Notes under the pieces: generated by a model | Told to the model about the DNA's origin: nothing | The model's database searches: none | What the model saw: the letters and a program-made list of their open reading frames with translations, nothing else | Source: an uncultured Candidatus Binatia bacterium | GTDB lineage: Bacteria > Desulfobacterota > Binatia > Bin18 | Direction of reading: 5' to 3' | Length of the DNA stretch: 64,000 nucleotides | Assembly (NCBI GenBank): GCA_965214605.1 | Contig: OZ243961.1 | Span: 3,264,001 to 3,328,000, forward strand | Position numbers and translations under genes: made by a program | Part shown: positions 29,485 to 38,827 of the stretch, one piece after another | Position numbering within the stretch: position 1 is the stretch's first letter | Layout: each line of letters starts with the position of its first letter

Positions 29485-31218
29485 TCAGCGTTCGCCCACT
29501 AGGGGCGAGGTGACTTTGCGGAAGGTCTCGCTCAGGGAGGTCTGGACGTCGACCACAGTCGGTTTGTCGCCGGCCAGGGCGGTCTGAAGGGCTAGCGCAA
29601 GCTGACTTGGGTCTTCCACCCGTATGCCCTCGCAGCCCATGGCTTGAACAATTTTGGCATGGTCAAAGTTGGCAAAGTCGGACGCGATGTTACGCTCTCC
29701 CTGACCGTGTTTGACCCAACCGAGAGCTTGGTTGTTGAAGACTAGGGCGACAATCGGGATATGTTCCTCAACCGCGGTCATAAAGCCGTTGAGGCTAATT
29801 GCAAAGCCGCCGTCGCCGCACACCGCAACAACCCGCTGTCCAGGATAGAGCAGCTTGGCGGCCAGTGCGGCCGGGATGGCGTATCCCATGCCGCCCACCC
29901 CGGCCGGTTGTAGAAATGTGCCGGGCGCTTTGGTCTGAAAGTAGTGCATCATGAACAGCCGGTTTTCGCCCGCGTCACAGGTCACAATCGTGTCGGGCGT
30001 AATGGCCCGTTGAAGCTCGGCGATGACCCGTTGGGGAAGAATCGGCGCGGACTGAGATCGAAACTCTAGGGCGTCAAAAAAACCGTGCTGACGGCGGGCC
30101 AATTGCAGCCGGGCTGTGCGTGCGGTAACGGTCTGAGGGGAAAGAGTTTCGTTGGCGCCCAGAGCGTCGCTCAACTGGGCGAGGACCGTTTTGGCGTCTC
30201 CAATCAGCGCAATCTCAGCCGGATAGGTCCACGAGGCATTTTTGGCCTCAACGTCGATCTGGATCAGGCGTTGCCGCTGGGGGTTGAGGAGGGTGGTGGT
30301 TTCAAAAGCGGTATCGGTGGCCGCCAGCTTGGAGCCGACGACGAGTACCACGTCGGCCGCTCCGATTTCGGCATTGGCCACAGGGGTCCCGAAATTGCCG
30401 TACACGCCCAGAGCCAGCTCGTGGGTTTCGGCAAAGCAGCCTTTACCGGACGCGCTAGTTGCGACGGGTGCTCCGATTTCTTCGGCCAGGGCGGCCAGCT
30501 CTCCAGAGGCCTGACTGATCCGAACCCCGTTGCCGGCGATAATCACCGGCCGCTCGGCCTGGGCTAAGGTCCGGGCGGCCTGTTCTACCTGACGCGGGTC
30601 GGCCGGGGGGGAGGGGACCGCCAGAAAAGGTTCGGTTGTGTACAGAGGCGGAACAGACTCAGGGCCCACCCGACCACGGAGCGCCTGGCTGTGCAGCAGG
30701 ACGGCCACCGGTCCCCTCTCTCCGGATAGAGCGTGTTTAAGCGCAATTTGCACACTGTGCACACCCTGAACCGGATCGCCGGCGACGAAAGTGCGCTTGG
30801 TCATTGCCGAAAACGCCTGTTTGGCGTCCCAGGTGCCATAATCGCCGGTGCCGGCTTGATAGGGGCCGTGCTGCGAGTACGGAGCATTATCACTCAGGTC
30901 GGTCAGCAGCAACATCGGGGAACTCGACAGATGAGCCTCGATGGCGCCTAGGCTGGCGTGCAGCAGAAAGGCGGCTTGACCGATGGCCACGCCCGGTTTG
31001 CCGGTCAGGCGACCGTAGGTCTCGGCCATTACCCCGGCGCGTGCCTCTTCACGGACGAGCACCGTGCGAATCGTGGATTGGTGGTCGTACAGGGCGTTGA
31101 ACAGGGCTCCGGTATAGCCGCCCGGAATACCGAAGACCATGTCGATACCGGCCTGTTCAAGGACGCGGATAATGGCCTCACGCGGCGGGACTGGTTCTTG
31201 AAGAAGCGGCGGTGTCAT
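29485..31218 (-). CDS. Thiamine pyrophosphate-dependent enzyme (acetolactate synthase-like superfamily)
   Basis: FGIPGG, VREEARAG, GGMGYAIPAA, GDGGF...FNN TPP motif. Start set at MTPPLL (31218). Confidence 0.9.
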   Translation of the reverse strand: MTPPLLQEPVPPREAIIRVLEQAGIDMVFGIPGGYTGALFNALYDHQSTIRTVLVREEARAGVMAETYGRLTGKPGVAIGQAAFLLHASLGAIEAHLSSSPMLLLTDLSDNAPYSQHGPYQAGTGDYGTWDAKQAFSAMTKRTFVAGDPVQGVHSVQIALKHALSGERGPVAVLLHSQALRGRVGPESVPPLYTTEPFLAVPSPPADPRQVEQAARTLAQAERPVIIAGNGVRISQASGELAALAEEIGAPVATSASGKGCFAETHELALGVYGNFGTPVANAEIGAADVVLVVGSKLAATDTAFETTTLLNPQRQRLIQIDVEAKNASWTYPAEIALIGDAKTVLAQLSDALGANETLSPQTVTARTARLQLARRQHGFFDALEFRSQSAPILPQRVIAELQRAITPDTIVTCDAGENRLFMMHYFQTKAPGTFLQPAGVGGMGYAIPAALAAKLLYPGQRVVAVCGDGGFAISLNGFMTAVEEHIPIVALVFNNQALGWVKHGQGERNIASDFANFDHAKIVQAMGCEGIRVEDPSQLALALQTALAGDKPTVVDVQTSLSETFRKVTSPLVGER

Positions 31219-31356
31219 ACGGCTTTCCTCATCGCTGATACGGGCTTTCCTCTCAGACTGTCTGTTGCAGAAACTCGGACCGTCCCCCCGCTGTCCATAC
31301 CACACGACGGGCAAAAACCCCAAGTGGCTTCGTCTGCCCGCGCACGGGTCTTTTGC

Positions 31357-31385
31357 TTGCGTGGAAAATCTGCGGATGGTATAAG
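31357..31385 (+). promoter_or_regulatory. Putative sigma70 promoter of the Mo-hydroxylase operon
   Basis: TTGCGT-N17-TATAAG with an extended -10 TG, about 135 nt upstream of the FAD-subunit start. Confidence 0.45.
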
Positions 31386-31520
31386 AGCTTGCTGTTCGGT
31401 ACGGTGAGGCAGCCAGAATAATGTAACGAATCGGGCCTTGCTTCCCCGTGCAGAACATATTAGTGAAATTTGCATTTCAGCTGGGCCCGGCACATGCACG
31501 GGCTCGAACAGGAGGGAACT

Positions 31521-32393
31521 TTGCAAGCATTTACATACGACGCGCCGACATCGCTCAGTCAAGCGCTCAACCAGCTGGCTGAGGCCGGCGACAATGGGCG
31601 GCTGTTGGCTGGGGGTACGGATCTCATTATTCAGATGCGTGCAGGTGTCAAACAGCCTGGGGTCATTATTGATGCCAAGACGATTCCTGAACTCCAGACC
31701 TGCACCTTCAGCGTTCAGGATGGACTGCGGCTTGGTGCCTCGTATCCCTGTTGCAAGTTTATCGAAGACGCGATCCTACAGCAGCACTATCCCGGCCTAG
31801 TCGAAGCGGCTGGCCTGATCGGCTCGGACCAGATTCTGAGCCGGGCTTCGATCGGTGGCAACCTGTGTAATGGCTCGCCGGCAGCGGATACGCCGCCCGC
31901 TCTTATCGCGCTCAACGCCAGCTGTCATATCGCCGGCCCAAACGGAGAACGGGACGTTGCGGTTGAGGATTTTGTGACCGGTCCGGGCGAGACCGTGCTT
32001 GAGGCGAATGAAATCTTGGTTGAAATTCGCGTGTCGGCTCCTCAGGGCCAAACGGCCGACTGTTACCAACGCTTTATTCCGCGCAATGAGATGGATATTG
32101 CGGTGGTCGGCGTTGGCTCGTGTGTGACGCTTGAGGGCGATACCTGTACGGCGGCCCGGATTGGTCTCGGTGCGGTTGCCCCCATCCAGCTGTTTGCCAA
32201 GGAGGCCAGCGACTCCCTGGTCGGCAAGCCGTTTACCGATGAGAACATTGCCCGGGCCGCCGAGTTGGCCCAGAGCATTGCGAGGCCCATCTCCGATATG
32301 CGCGGCACGGCCGAGTTCCGGACCCATTTGGTCGGCGTCTTAACGCGCCGGACGCTGCAACAGGCGGGCGAGCGAGCTCGGGCAAAAGCGTAA
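31521..32393 (+). CDS. Xanthine dehydrogenase family FAD-binding (medium) subunit
   Basis: LAGGTDL, ASIGGNLCNGSPAAD, PISDMRGT; TTG start behind an AGGAGG RBS. Confidence 0.93.
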   Translation: MQAFTYDAPTSLSQALNQLAEAGDNGRLLAGGTDLIIQMRAGVKQPGVIIDAKTIPELQTCTFSVQDGLRLGASYPCCKFIEDAILQQHYPGLVEAAGLIGSDQILSRASIGGNLCNGSPAADTPPALIALNASCHIAGPNGERDVAVEDFVTGPGETVLEANEILVEIRVSAPQGQTADCYQRFIPRNEMDIAVVGVGSCVTLEGDTCTAARIGLGAVAPIQLFAKEASDSLVGKPFTDENIARAAELAQSIARPISDMRGTAEFRTHLVGVLTRRTLQQAGERARAKA

Positions 32394-32495
32394 TCCGTCA
32401 TGCCCGACGTGGGAGGAGGCGAAGCCGGGGGAAAAGCCCGCTTTCGCTCAGCCCGTGACACGCATGGCTCTCTTACTGAGGAAGGCAGGAAAAGT

Positions 32496-32975
32496 ATGGC
32501 AAGAAAGGTCCACGTTCAAACGACACTCAATGGCGAAGTTACCGAGTTCTTGTGTGAGCCACGCCAGAGCTTACTCGAAGTGCTGCGCGATGAACTCGGC
32601 TTTACCGGCTCAAAAGAGGGCTGTCTAACCGGCGACTGCGGGGCCTGTAGTGTAATTCTCGACGGTCGCCCCTCATGTTCGTGTCTGGTGCTCGGAGTCG
32701 AGGCCGAGGGCCAAGAGATTACGACCGTTGAAGGGCTGGCCGATGGTGATACGCTCCATCCACTGCAGCAGAAGTTTCTCGAACACGCTGCCCTGCAGTG
32801 CGGGATCTGCACGCCTGGGTTTCTCGTGACCGCCAAGGCGCTGCTGGACCGCAACCCCAAGCCCACCGAACATGATGTTCGCTATGCCCTAGCCGGGAAT
32901 CTGTGTCGCTGCACGGGTTATGATAAAATTGTAAGAGCGGTGTTAGACGCTGCTTCTGTCATGCAAGGGAGGTAA
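32496..32975 (+). CDS. Xanthine dehydrogenase family 2x[2Fe-2S] (small) subunit
   Basis: GCLTGDCGAC...SC, QCGICTPG, GNLCRCTGY. Confidence 0.95.
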   Translation: MARKVHVQTTLNGEVTEFLCEPRQSLLEVLRDELGFTGSKEGCLTGDCGACSVILDGRPSCSCLVLGVEAEGQEITTVEGLADGDTLHPLQQKFLEHAALQCGICTPGFLVTAKALLDRNPKPTEHDVRYALAGNLCRCTGYDKIVRAVLDAASVMQGR

Positions 32976-32978
32976 GCA

Positions 32979-35255
32979 ATGGCGCAACAAGAGGCGAAAT
33001 TCAAGGTTATCGGAACCCGTCCGATTCGGCATGACGGGGTGGATAAAGTCACCGGCCGGGCCAAATATGGGGCGGATATTGACCTGCCCGGGATGCTGCA
33101 TGGCAAGGTGCTGCGCAGCCCGCATGCCCACGCTAGGATCAAGTCCATTGATGCGTCAGCCGCATTGGCTCTCCCTGGGGTGAAAGCTGTCATAACCAGT
33201 GAGGATTTACCGAAGCTGCCCAACGGCGTAGTGCCCATGGGCGAGCTGCCGATGAATCCCCTCCATCTGTCGCTGAACGTCATGGCCCGAGACAAGGTGC
33301 TGTACGACGGACACGCCGTTGCTGCGGTGGCGGCGACCAACCCGCATATTGCCGAAGAGGCGCTCAAACTCATCAAGGTCGACTACGAAGCCTTGCCCCA
33401 CGTCCAGAATGTGATGGACGCGATGCAGGACGACGCACCTATTCTCCTGCCCGATCTGCGGACGAGCGGAGCTGAGGAGAAGAGCGATAAAGAGACCAAC
33501 GTCGCCAGCCAGCTGCGCTTTGCCCGGGGTGATCTTGAGGCCGGTTTTGCGGCGGCCGATGAGATCGTTGAACACGAGTTCGATACCTCGATGGTCCACC
33601 AGGGGTATATTGAGCCCCATAACGCGGTCGCCCAGCACAATCCCGACGGTCACTCCACAATTTGGGTAAGCACCCAGGGCGCATTTACCGCCCGCGACCA
33701 AACCGCGATGATTCTGGATATCCCGGCCAGTTCGATGAAGGTCATCCCGGCTGAAATCGGCGGTGGTTTTGGCGGAAAGATCTCGGTGTATCTGGAGCCG
33801 CTCGCGCTAGTCCTGTCAAAGAAGACGGGCAAGCCGGTCAAGATGGTGATGAGCCGCGGGGAGGTCCTGCGCGCAACCGGACCGACCTCGGGCTCACACA
33901 TCAAGGTGAAGATGGGCGCCAATAAAGACGGCAAGATTACCGCAGCCCATATCTGGATGGCGTATGAGGCCGGTGCCTTCCCCGGTGCGCCGGTAGGAGC
34001 GGGCTGTATGACCGTATTGGCCCCGTACGATTTGGAGAACCTCCAGATCGACGGCTTTGACGTCTTGGTCAATAAGCCAAAGACGGCTGCCTATCGCGCT
34101 CCGGGTTCGAGCAATTCGTCTTTTGCCGGAGAGACGGTGATTGACGAGCTGGCCGAAAAGCTCGGTTTTGACCCCCTTGAATTCCGACGCATCAACGGGG
34201 CCAAAGAAGGCACAGCCCAGCCGGCCGGACCCCAGTTTGGCAAGATCGGCTACCTAGAAACCCTTGATGCGGCTCAGAACAGTGCGCACTACAAGTCTCC
34301 CAAGCCGCAGTCGGGCAACGGCAAGAAGCGTGGCCGCGGGGTTGCCTCGGGCTTCTGGTTTAACGCCGGATTCCAGTCGAGCGCAACCGTCAATGTCAAT
34401 AGCGATGGCACGGCCAACGTAGTGACCGGCTCGACCGATATCGGCGGAACTCGAGCCTCGTGTGCGATGATCGCCGCCGAAGTGCTGGGTCTGAAAGCCG
34501 AAGATGTCCATCCGGTTGTGGCCGATACCGAGTCAATCGGTCATACCGATATGACCGGGGGGAGCCGGGTGACCTTTGCCACCGGTACCGCGGTATACGA
34601 AGCCGCCCAGGATGTGGTCAACCAGCTCAAGGAACGCGCGGCAAAGCTGTGGAAGGTTGACCTCAAAGACGTCGTGTTCCAAGACGGCATGGTGTCCTGC
34701 CCCAGCGACGATAAAAATGAGCCAATGGGTCTCAAGGAGCTGGCCACCAAACTGCCCCGGACCGGTGGGCCGGTGTCTGGTCGGGCCCAGGTGAACCCCC
34801 GCGGAGTCGGGCCGGCGTTTGCGACCCACGTGGTAGACGTTGAGGTGGATCCCGAAACCGGCAAGGTCGAGGTTTTGCGTTACACGGCCACTCAGGATGT
34901 CGGCACGGCTATCCATCCGAGCTATGTCGAGGGTCAGATCCAGGGCGCGGTTGCCCAAGGGGTGGGGTGGGGGCTCAACGAAGAATATTTCTACGATGAG
35001 AACGGCACGCTACGCAACGCCGGTTTTCTGGACTACCGGATGCCGACCTGCCTTGATCTCCCGCTGATTGAGACAATTCTGGTCGAGGTGCCCAATCCGG
35101 GTCATCCGGTCGGTGTACGGGGCGTCGGTGAGGTCCCTATCATCCCACCGCCGGCTGCCTTGGCCAATGCTATCCACAACGCCCTTGGGGTACGCATGCA
35201 AGAGCTGCCGATGTCGCCGGGCAAAATCGCCAAGGCGGTCGTTGAGCAGGGATAG
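32979..35255 (+). CDS. Xanthine dehydrogenase family molybdopterin-binding (large) subunit, copy 1
   Basis: DKVTGRAKY, LRSPHAHARI, STQG, IGGGFGGK, AYRAPG, EGQIQG, GVGE. Confidence 0.95.
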   Translation: MAQQEAKFKVIGTRPIRHDGVDKVTGRAKYGADIDLPGMLHGKVLRSPHAHARIKSIDASAALALPGVKAVITSEDLPKLPNGVVPMGELPMNPLHLSLNVMARDKVLYDGHAVAAVAATNPHIAEEALKLIKVDYEALPHVQNVMDAMQDDAPILLPDLRTSGAEEKSDKETNVASQLRFARGDLEAGFAAADEIVEHEFDTSMVHQGYIEPHNAVAQHNPDGHSTIWVSTQGAFTARDQTAMILDIPASSMKVIPAEIGGGFGGKISVYLEPLALVLSKKTGKPVKMVMSRGEVLRATGPTSGSHIKVKMGANKDGKITAAHIWMAYEAGAFPGAPVGAGCMTVLAPYDLENLQIDGFDVLVNKPKTAAYRAPGSSNSSFAGETVIDELAEKLGFDPLEFRRINGAKEGTAQPAGPQFGKIGYLETLDAAQNSAHYKSPKPQSGNGKKRGRGVASGFWFNAGFQSSATVNVNSDGTANVVTGSTDIGGTRASCAMIAAEVLGLKAEDVHPVVADTESIGHTDMTGGSRVTFATGTAVYEAAQDVVNQLKERAAKLWKVDLKDVVFQDGMVSCPSDDKNEPMGLKELATKLPRTGGPVSGRAQVNPRGVGPAFATHVVDVEVDPETGKVEVLRYTATQDVGTAIHPSYVEGQIQGAVAQGVGWGLNEEYFYDENGTLRNAGFLDYRMPTCLDLPLIETILVEVPNPGHPVGVRGVGEVPIIPPPAALANAIHNALGVRMQELPMSPGKIAKAVVEQG

Positions 35256-35292
35256 GAGCATCCCTCCGCTGTGGGTTGCCCGCTGACACAAA

Positions 35293-35314
35293 CCCCTCTC
35301 CCCCTGGGAGAGGG
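35293..35314. repeat. Short REP-like palindrome
   Basis: CCCCTCTCCCCCTGGGAGAGGG forms a CCCTCTCCC/GGGAGAGGG stem; single copy in the window. Confidence 0.5.
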
Positions 35315-35326
35315 AAAAGAGTAGGT

Positions 35327-35593
35327 ATGGCATCAACTGTCTTCATTCCTGCCCTGATGCGAAAGCTGTCAGCCGGAAAGGACCGGACAACGGCGACGGG
35401 CGCAACTCTGCGTGCCGTTGTTGACGATCTAGATCGTCAGTTCCCCGGCTTTCGGGATCGGGTTGTTGAGGATAATGATCTGTCCGGTTCGGTGGCGGTC
35501 TCGGTCAACGGCGAGATCATCACCGGTGGTCTGTCAGAGGCTATCCCGGCCGATAGCGAGATCCATTTTCTCCCGGCTATCGGGGGCGGGTGA
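35327..35593 (+). CDS. MoaD/ThiS ubiquitin-like sulfur carrier
   Basis: 88 aa; VFIPALMR, AVSVNG, and a C-terminal PAIGGG di-glycine. Confidence 0.9.
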   Translation: MASTVFIPALMRKLSAGKDRTTATGATLRAVVDDLDRQFPGFRDRVVEDNDLSGSVAVSVNGEIITGGLSEAIPADSEIHFLPAIGGG

Positions 35594-35616
35594 GAAGGGT
35601 CTTCTGTCCGGTTTTC

Positions 35617-35653
35617 ATAGGGAGGGGCATGACGTGCTCTTCCCTATTTTTTT
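35617..35653 (+). terminator. Rho-independent terminator between the MoaD-like gene and the second large subunit
   Basis: ATAGGGAGGGGC-atgacgt-GCTCTTCCCTAT stem (two G-U pairs) running into a T tract. Confidence 0.75.
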
Positions 35654-35695
35654 GAATGGCGTCAAAACGGCTGAGGTTTGGCCAAGGAGGAAGAT

Positions 35696-37981
35696 ATGGC
35701 GGGGCAACAAGAGCATCAATTCAAGGTCATTGGCACGCGTCCGATTCGTCATGACGGGGCCGATAAGGTCACCGGCCGAGCCAAGTTCGGGGCTGATATC
35801 CAGCTGCCGGGCATGTTACACGGCAAAATTCTGCGCAGTCCACACGCCCACGCCCGCATTAAATCGCTCGATACGTCTGCCGCTCTGGCGGTCCCCGGGG
35901 TCAAGGCGGTTGTGACGGGTAGAGATTTTCCCGAGATTGAGGATGGCCTGCTGCAGATCGGGGAGAATATGGTCAATCCACGTCATCTCTCGCGCAACCT
36001 GATGGCGCGCGACAAAGTCCTGTACGACGGACACGCAGTGGCCGCAGTGGCTGCGAGCAGCCCACATATTGCCGAAGAGGCCACTAAGCGTATTCGGGTC
36101 GAGTACGAAACGCTCCCCCACGTGCAACATGTGCTCGACGCGATGAAAGACGACGCGCCGATCTTGCACCCTGAGCTGCGGACGGCCGGGACGCCGGACG
36201 CGTCTGATACCCCGACGAATATTGCCAACCAAGTCCGCTTTGCGCGGGGGGATCTCGACGAGGGCTTTGCCGCCGCCGACCTAATTGTGGAAAAAGAGTT
36301 CTCGACCTCAATGGTTCACCAGGGCTATATCGAACCGCATAATGTAGTGGCCCAGTATAATGGCGACGGGCAGTCAACCGTGTGGGTGAGCACCCAGGGA
36401 CCGTTTGCGGTCCGCGAGCTGTGCGGGGGACTACTCAAAATGCCGCCCAGTAAGATCAAGGTCATTCCGGCGGAAATTGGTGGCGGCTTTGGGGGGAAAA
36501 CCACCGTTTACCTGGAACACGTGGCCCTGCTGCTGTCGAGACTATCGGGCCGACCGGTCAAGATGGTCATGACCCGCAGCGAGGTTTTACGGGCGACTGG
36601 TCCGACGCCGGGTTCCCATATCTCCGTCAAGATTGGGGCTAATAAAGCCGGCAAGATTACGGCCGCTGCGCTGCGTTTATCGTTTGAGGCCGGTGCCTTT
36701 CCGGGCTCTCCGGTCGCCGCCGGCAGCATGACTGTTTTAGCGCCATACGATTTGGAAAACTTCCAGATTGATGGCTTTGACGTTGTCCTCAACAAGCCCA
36801 AGACGTGCGCCTACCGGGCGCCGGGAGCGACGAATCCGGCCATGGCCGCGGAAACGGTGATTGATGAGCTGGCCGAAAAGCTGGGTATTGATCCGCTGGA
36901 GTTTCGGCACCTCAACGCTGCCCGAGAGGGGACCGCTCAGCCGGCCGGACCGCAGTTCAGAAAGATCGGCTTTGTGGAGACGATTGAGGCGATCAAGAAC
37001 AGCGAGCACTATCGGTCTGCGATCCCGCAGTCCGGGGACGGTAAGCTGCGTGGCCGGGGTGTGGCGTCGGGATTTTGGTTCAACGCTGCCTTTCAGTCCT
37101 CAGCCACGGTCAGCATTAATACCGATGGCACGGCCAATGTGGTCACCGGTTCCCCGGACATTGGGGGCAGTCGGGCGTCGTGTGCCATGATTGCCGCCGA
37201 GGTGCTGGGCCTGGCTGCCGAAGACGTCCATCCGGTTGTGGCCGATACCGAGTCGATCGGTCATACTGATACGACTGGCGGGAGCCGGGTGACGTTTGCG
37301 ACCGGGATGGCCGTGTATGAGGCGGCGACCAACGCGGTCAACATCCTCAAACAACGGGCCGCAACTCTGTGGAAAGTCAAGCCCGAAGACGTGATCTTTC
37401 AGGACGGCGTGGTGTCGTGTACGACCAACGGTCAGGAGGCGCTGAGCCTCAAAGAGATGGCGCCCAAGCTCCCGCGTTCTGGCGGCCCGGTGATGGGCAG
37501 CGCCTCGGTCCGACCCCGTGGGGTCGGACCGACCTTTGCCACCCATGTGGTTGATATTGAGGTTGATCCGGAGACGGGCAAGGTCGATATTCTGCGCTAC
37601 ACGGCTTCACAAGATGTCGGGAAAGCCGTCCATCCGAGCTACGTCGAAGGCCAAATCCAGGGTGGGGTCGCCCAGGGGATCGGCTGGGCCCTCAACGAGG
37701 AGTATTTTTACGACGAAACGGGCACGATGCGAAATGCCGGGTTTTTGGACTATCGGATGCCGACCTGTCTCGACCTGCCGATGATTGAGACGGTCTTGGT
37801 CGAGGTTGCCAATCCCGGCCATCCGATCGGGATTCGGGGCGTCGGAGAAGTGCCTATTGTCCCACCGCCAGCGGCGATCGCCAATGCTCTCTACCGGGCG
37901 GCCGGCGTCCGCCTCCAAGAGCTGCCCATGTCGCCGGCCAGAGTCATTGAGGCAATACTCAAAAAAGATGCACGGATCTGA
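35696..37981 (+). CDS. Xanthine dehydrogenase family molybdopterin-binding (large) subunit, copy 2
   Basis: Same motifs as copy 1 and collinear over the full length; RBS AAGGAGG before the ATG at 35696. Confidence 0.95.
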   Translation: MAGQQEHQFKVIGTRPIRHDGADKVTGRAKFGADIQLPGMLHGKILRSPHAHARIKSLDTSAALAVPGVKAVVTGRDFPEIEDGLLQIGENMVNPRHLSRNLMARDKVLYDGHAVAAVAASSPHIAEEATKRIRVEYETLPHVQHVLDAMKDDAPILHPELRTAGTPDASDTPTNIANQVRFARGDLDEGFAAADLIVEKEFSTSMVHQGYIEPHNVVAQYNGDGQSTVWVSTQGPFAVRELCGGLLKMPPSKIKVIPAEIGGGFGGKTTVYLEHVALLLSRLSGRPVKMVMTRSEVLRATGPTPGSHISVKIGANKAGKITAAALRLSFEAGAFPGSPVAAGSMTVLAPYDLENFQIDGFDVVLNKPKTCAYRAPGATNPAMAAETVIDELAEKLGIDPLEFRHLNAAREGTAQPAGPQFRKIGFVETIEAIKNSEHYRSAIPQSGDGKLRGRGVASGFWFNAAFQSSATVSINTDGTANVVTGSPDIGGSRASCAMIAAEVLGLAAEDVHPVVADTESIGHTDTTGGSRVTFATGMAVYEAATNAVNILKQRAATLWKVKPEDVIFQDGVVSCTTNGQEALSLKEMAPKLPRSGGPVMGSASVRPRGVGPTFATHVVDIEVDPETGKVDILRYTASQDVGKAVHPSYVEGQIQGGVAQGIGWALNEEYFYDETGTMRNAGFLDYRMPTCLDLPMIETVLVEVANPGHPIGIRGVGEVPIVPPPAAIANALYRAAGVRLQELPMSPARVIEAILKKDARI

Positions 37982-37990
37982 CGAGGCCCT

Positions 37991-38827
37991 ATGGCACGCG
38001 CACAAGATCATTTTGAAACCATTAACGGTCTCCGGCTCCACTATCTGGACTGGGGCAGCCATGGCAAACCGGCCCTCGTTCTTTTGCACGGCGGTTCAGC
38101 CTACGCTCAATGGTGGGATTTCTTTGCCCCGGCCTTTACCGACGATTTCCACGTCATCGCTCCAGACTGGCGGGGCCACGGAGACAGCCAGCACGCCAAA
38201 CCTCCGGCCTATAGCACCAAGCACTACATCGAGGATCTACACAAATTTTTGGCCAAGATCGGTGTTGAGAGGCCGGTGATTGTCGGCCACTCTATGGGTG
38301 GGCATAACGCGGTCATCTACGCGACCGAGCACGCCACGGAGATCGCCGCTCTGGTGATGGTCGATACCACTGTAAGCTATCCCGCCTCAGCAGTCCAGTT
38401 TTTGCGTAGACTCGGCCAAAGACCGGCCAAGGTGTTTGATTCGCAGGCAGAAGCCATCAGCCGTTTTCAGGTCCTGCCGCGCGAATCGCTCTTCTCAAAG
38501 GAACGGCTGGAGTATATTGCCGGGTTTGCCTTTACCAAGCGGGGAGACGGGAAATGGGTGGCCAAGCTCGACCGGCAAGCCCTGTTTCGTGAGCCGGTTG
38601 ACGGTCGCCAGCGCTTGGCACACATCATCTGTCCAACACTGATTGTGAAAGCGGAAAACAGTCCGGTGTTGGACCACGACAAGCTGACAACCCTATGCGC
38701 CGCTCTGCCCAACGCCCGCTGGGCCGAGGTTAAAGACTGCTACCACCACATCATGCTGGACAACCCCGAGGGCCTGATTGCGGTCGTGCGGGAGTTTTTA
38801 GCGCAAATAGGTCCGGCTAGTGGCTAG
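37991..38827 (+). CDS. Alpha/beta hydrolase
   Basis: LHGGS, DWRGHGDS, GHSMGG, CYHHIMLDNP. Confidence 0.9.
   Translation: MARAQDHFETINGLRLHYLDWGSHGKPALVLLHGGSAYAQWWDFFAPAFTDDFHVIAPDWRGHGDSQHAKPPAYSTKHYIEDLHKFLAKIGVERPVIVGHSMGGHNAVIYATEHATEIAALVMVDTTVSYPASAVQFLRRLGQRPAKVFDSQAEAISRFQVLPRESLFSKERLEYIAGFAFTKRGDGKWVAKLDRQALFREPVDGRQRLAHIICPTLIVKAENSPVLDHDKLTTLCAALPNARWAEVKDCYHHIMLDNPEGLIAVVREFLAQIGPASG

Noticed and set aside
31386-31520. Moco riboswitch in the Mo-hydroxylase leader
   Set aside because: Only a small hairpin before the RBS; I could not match the Moco RNA motif by eye, and a cmscan would be needed.
31521-37981. Carbon monoxide dehydrogenase (coxMSL) call
   Set aside because: Active-site loop is AYRAPG, not AYxCSFR or AYxGAGR.
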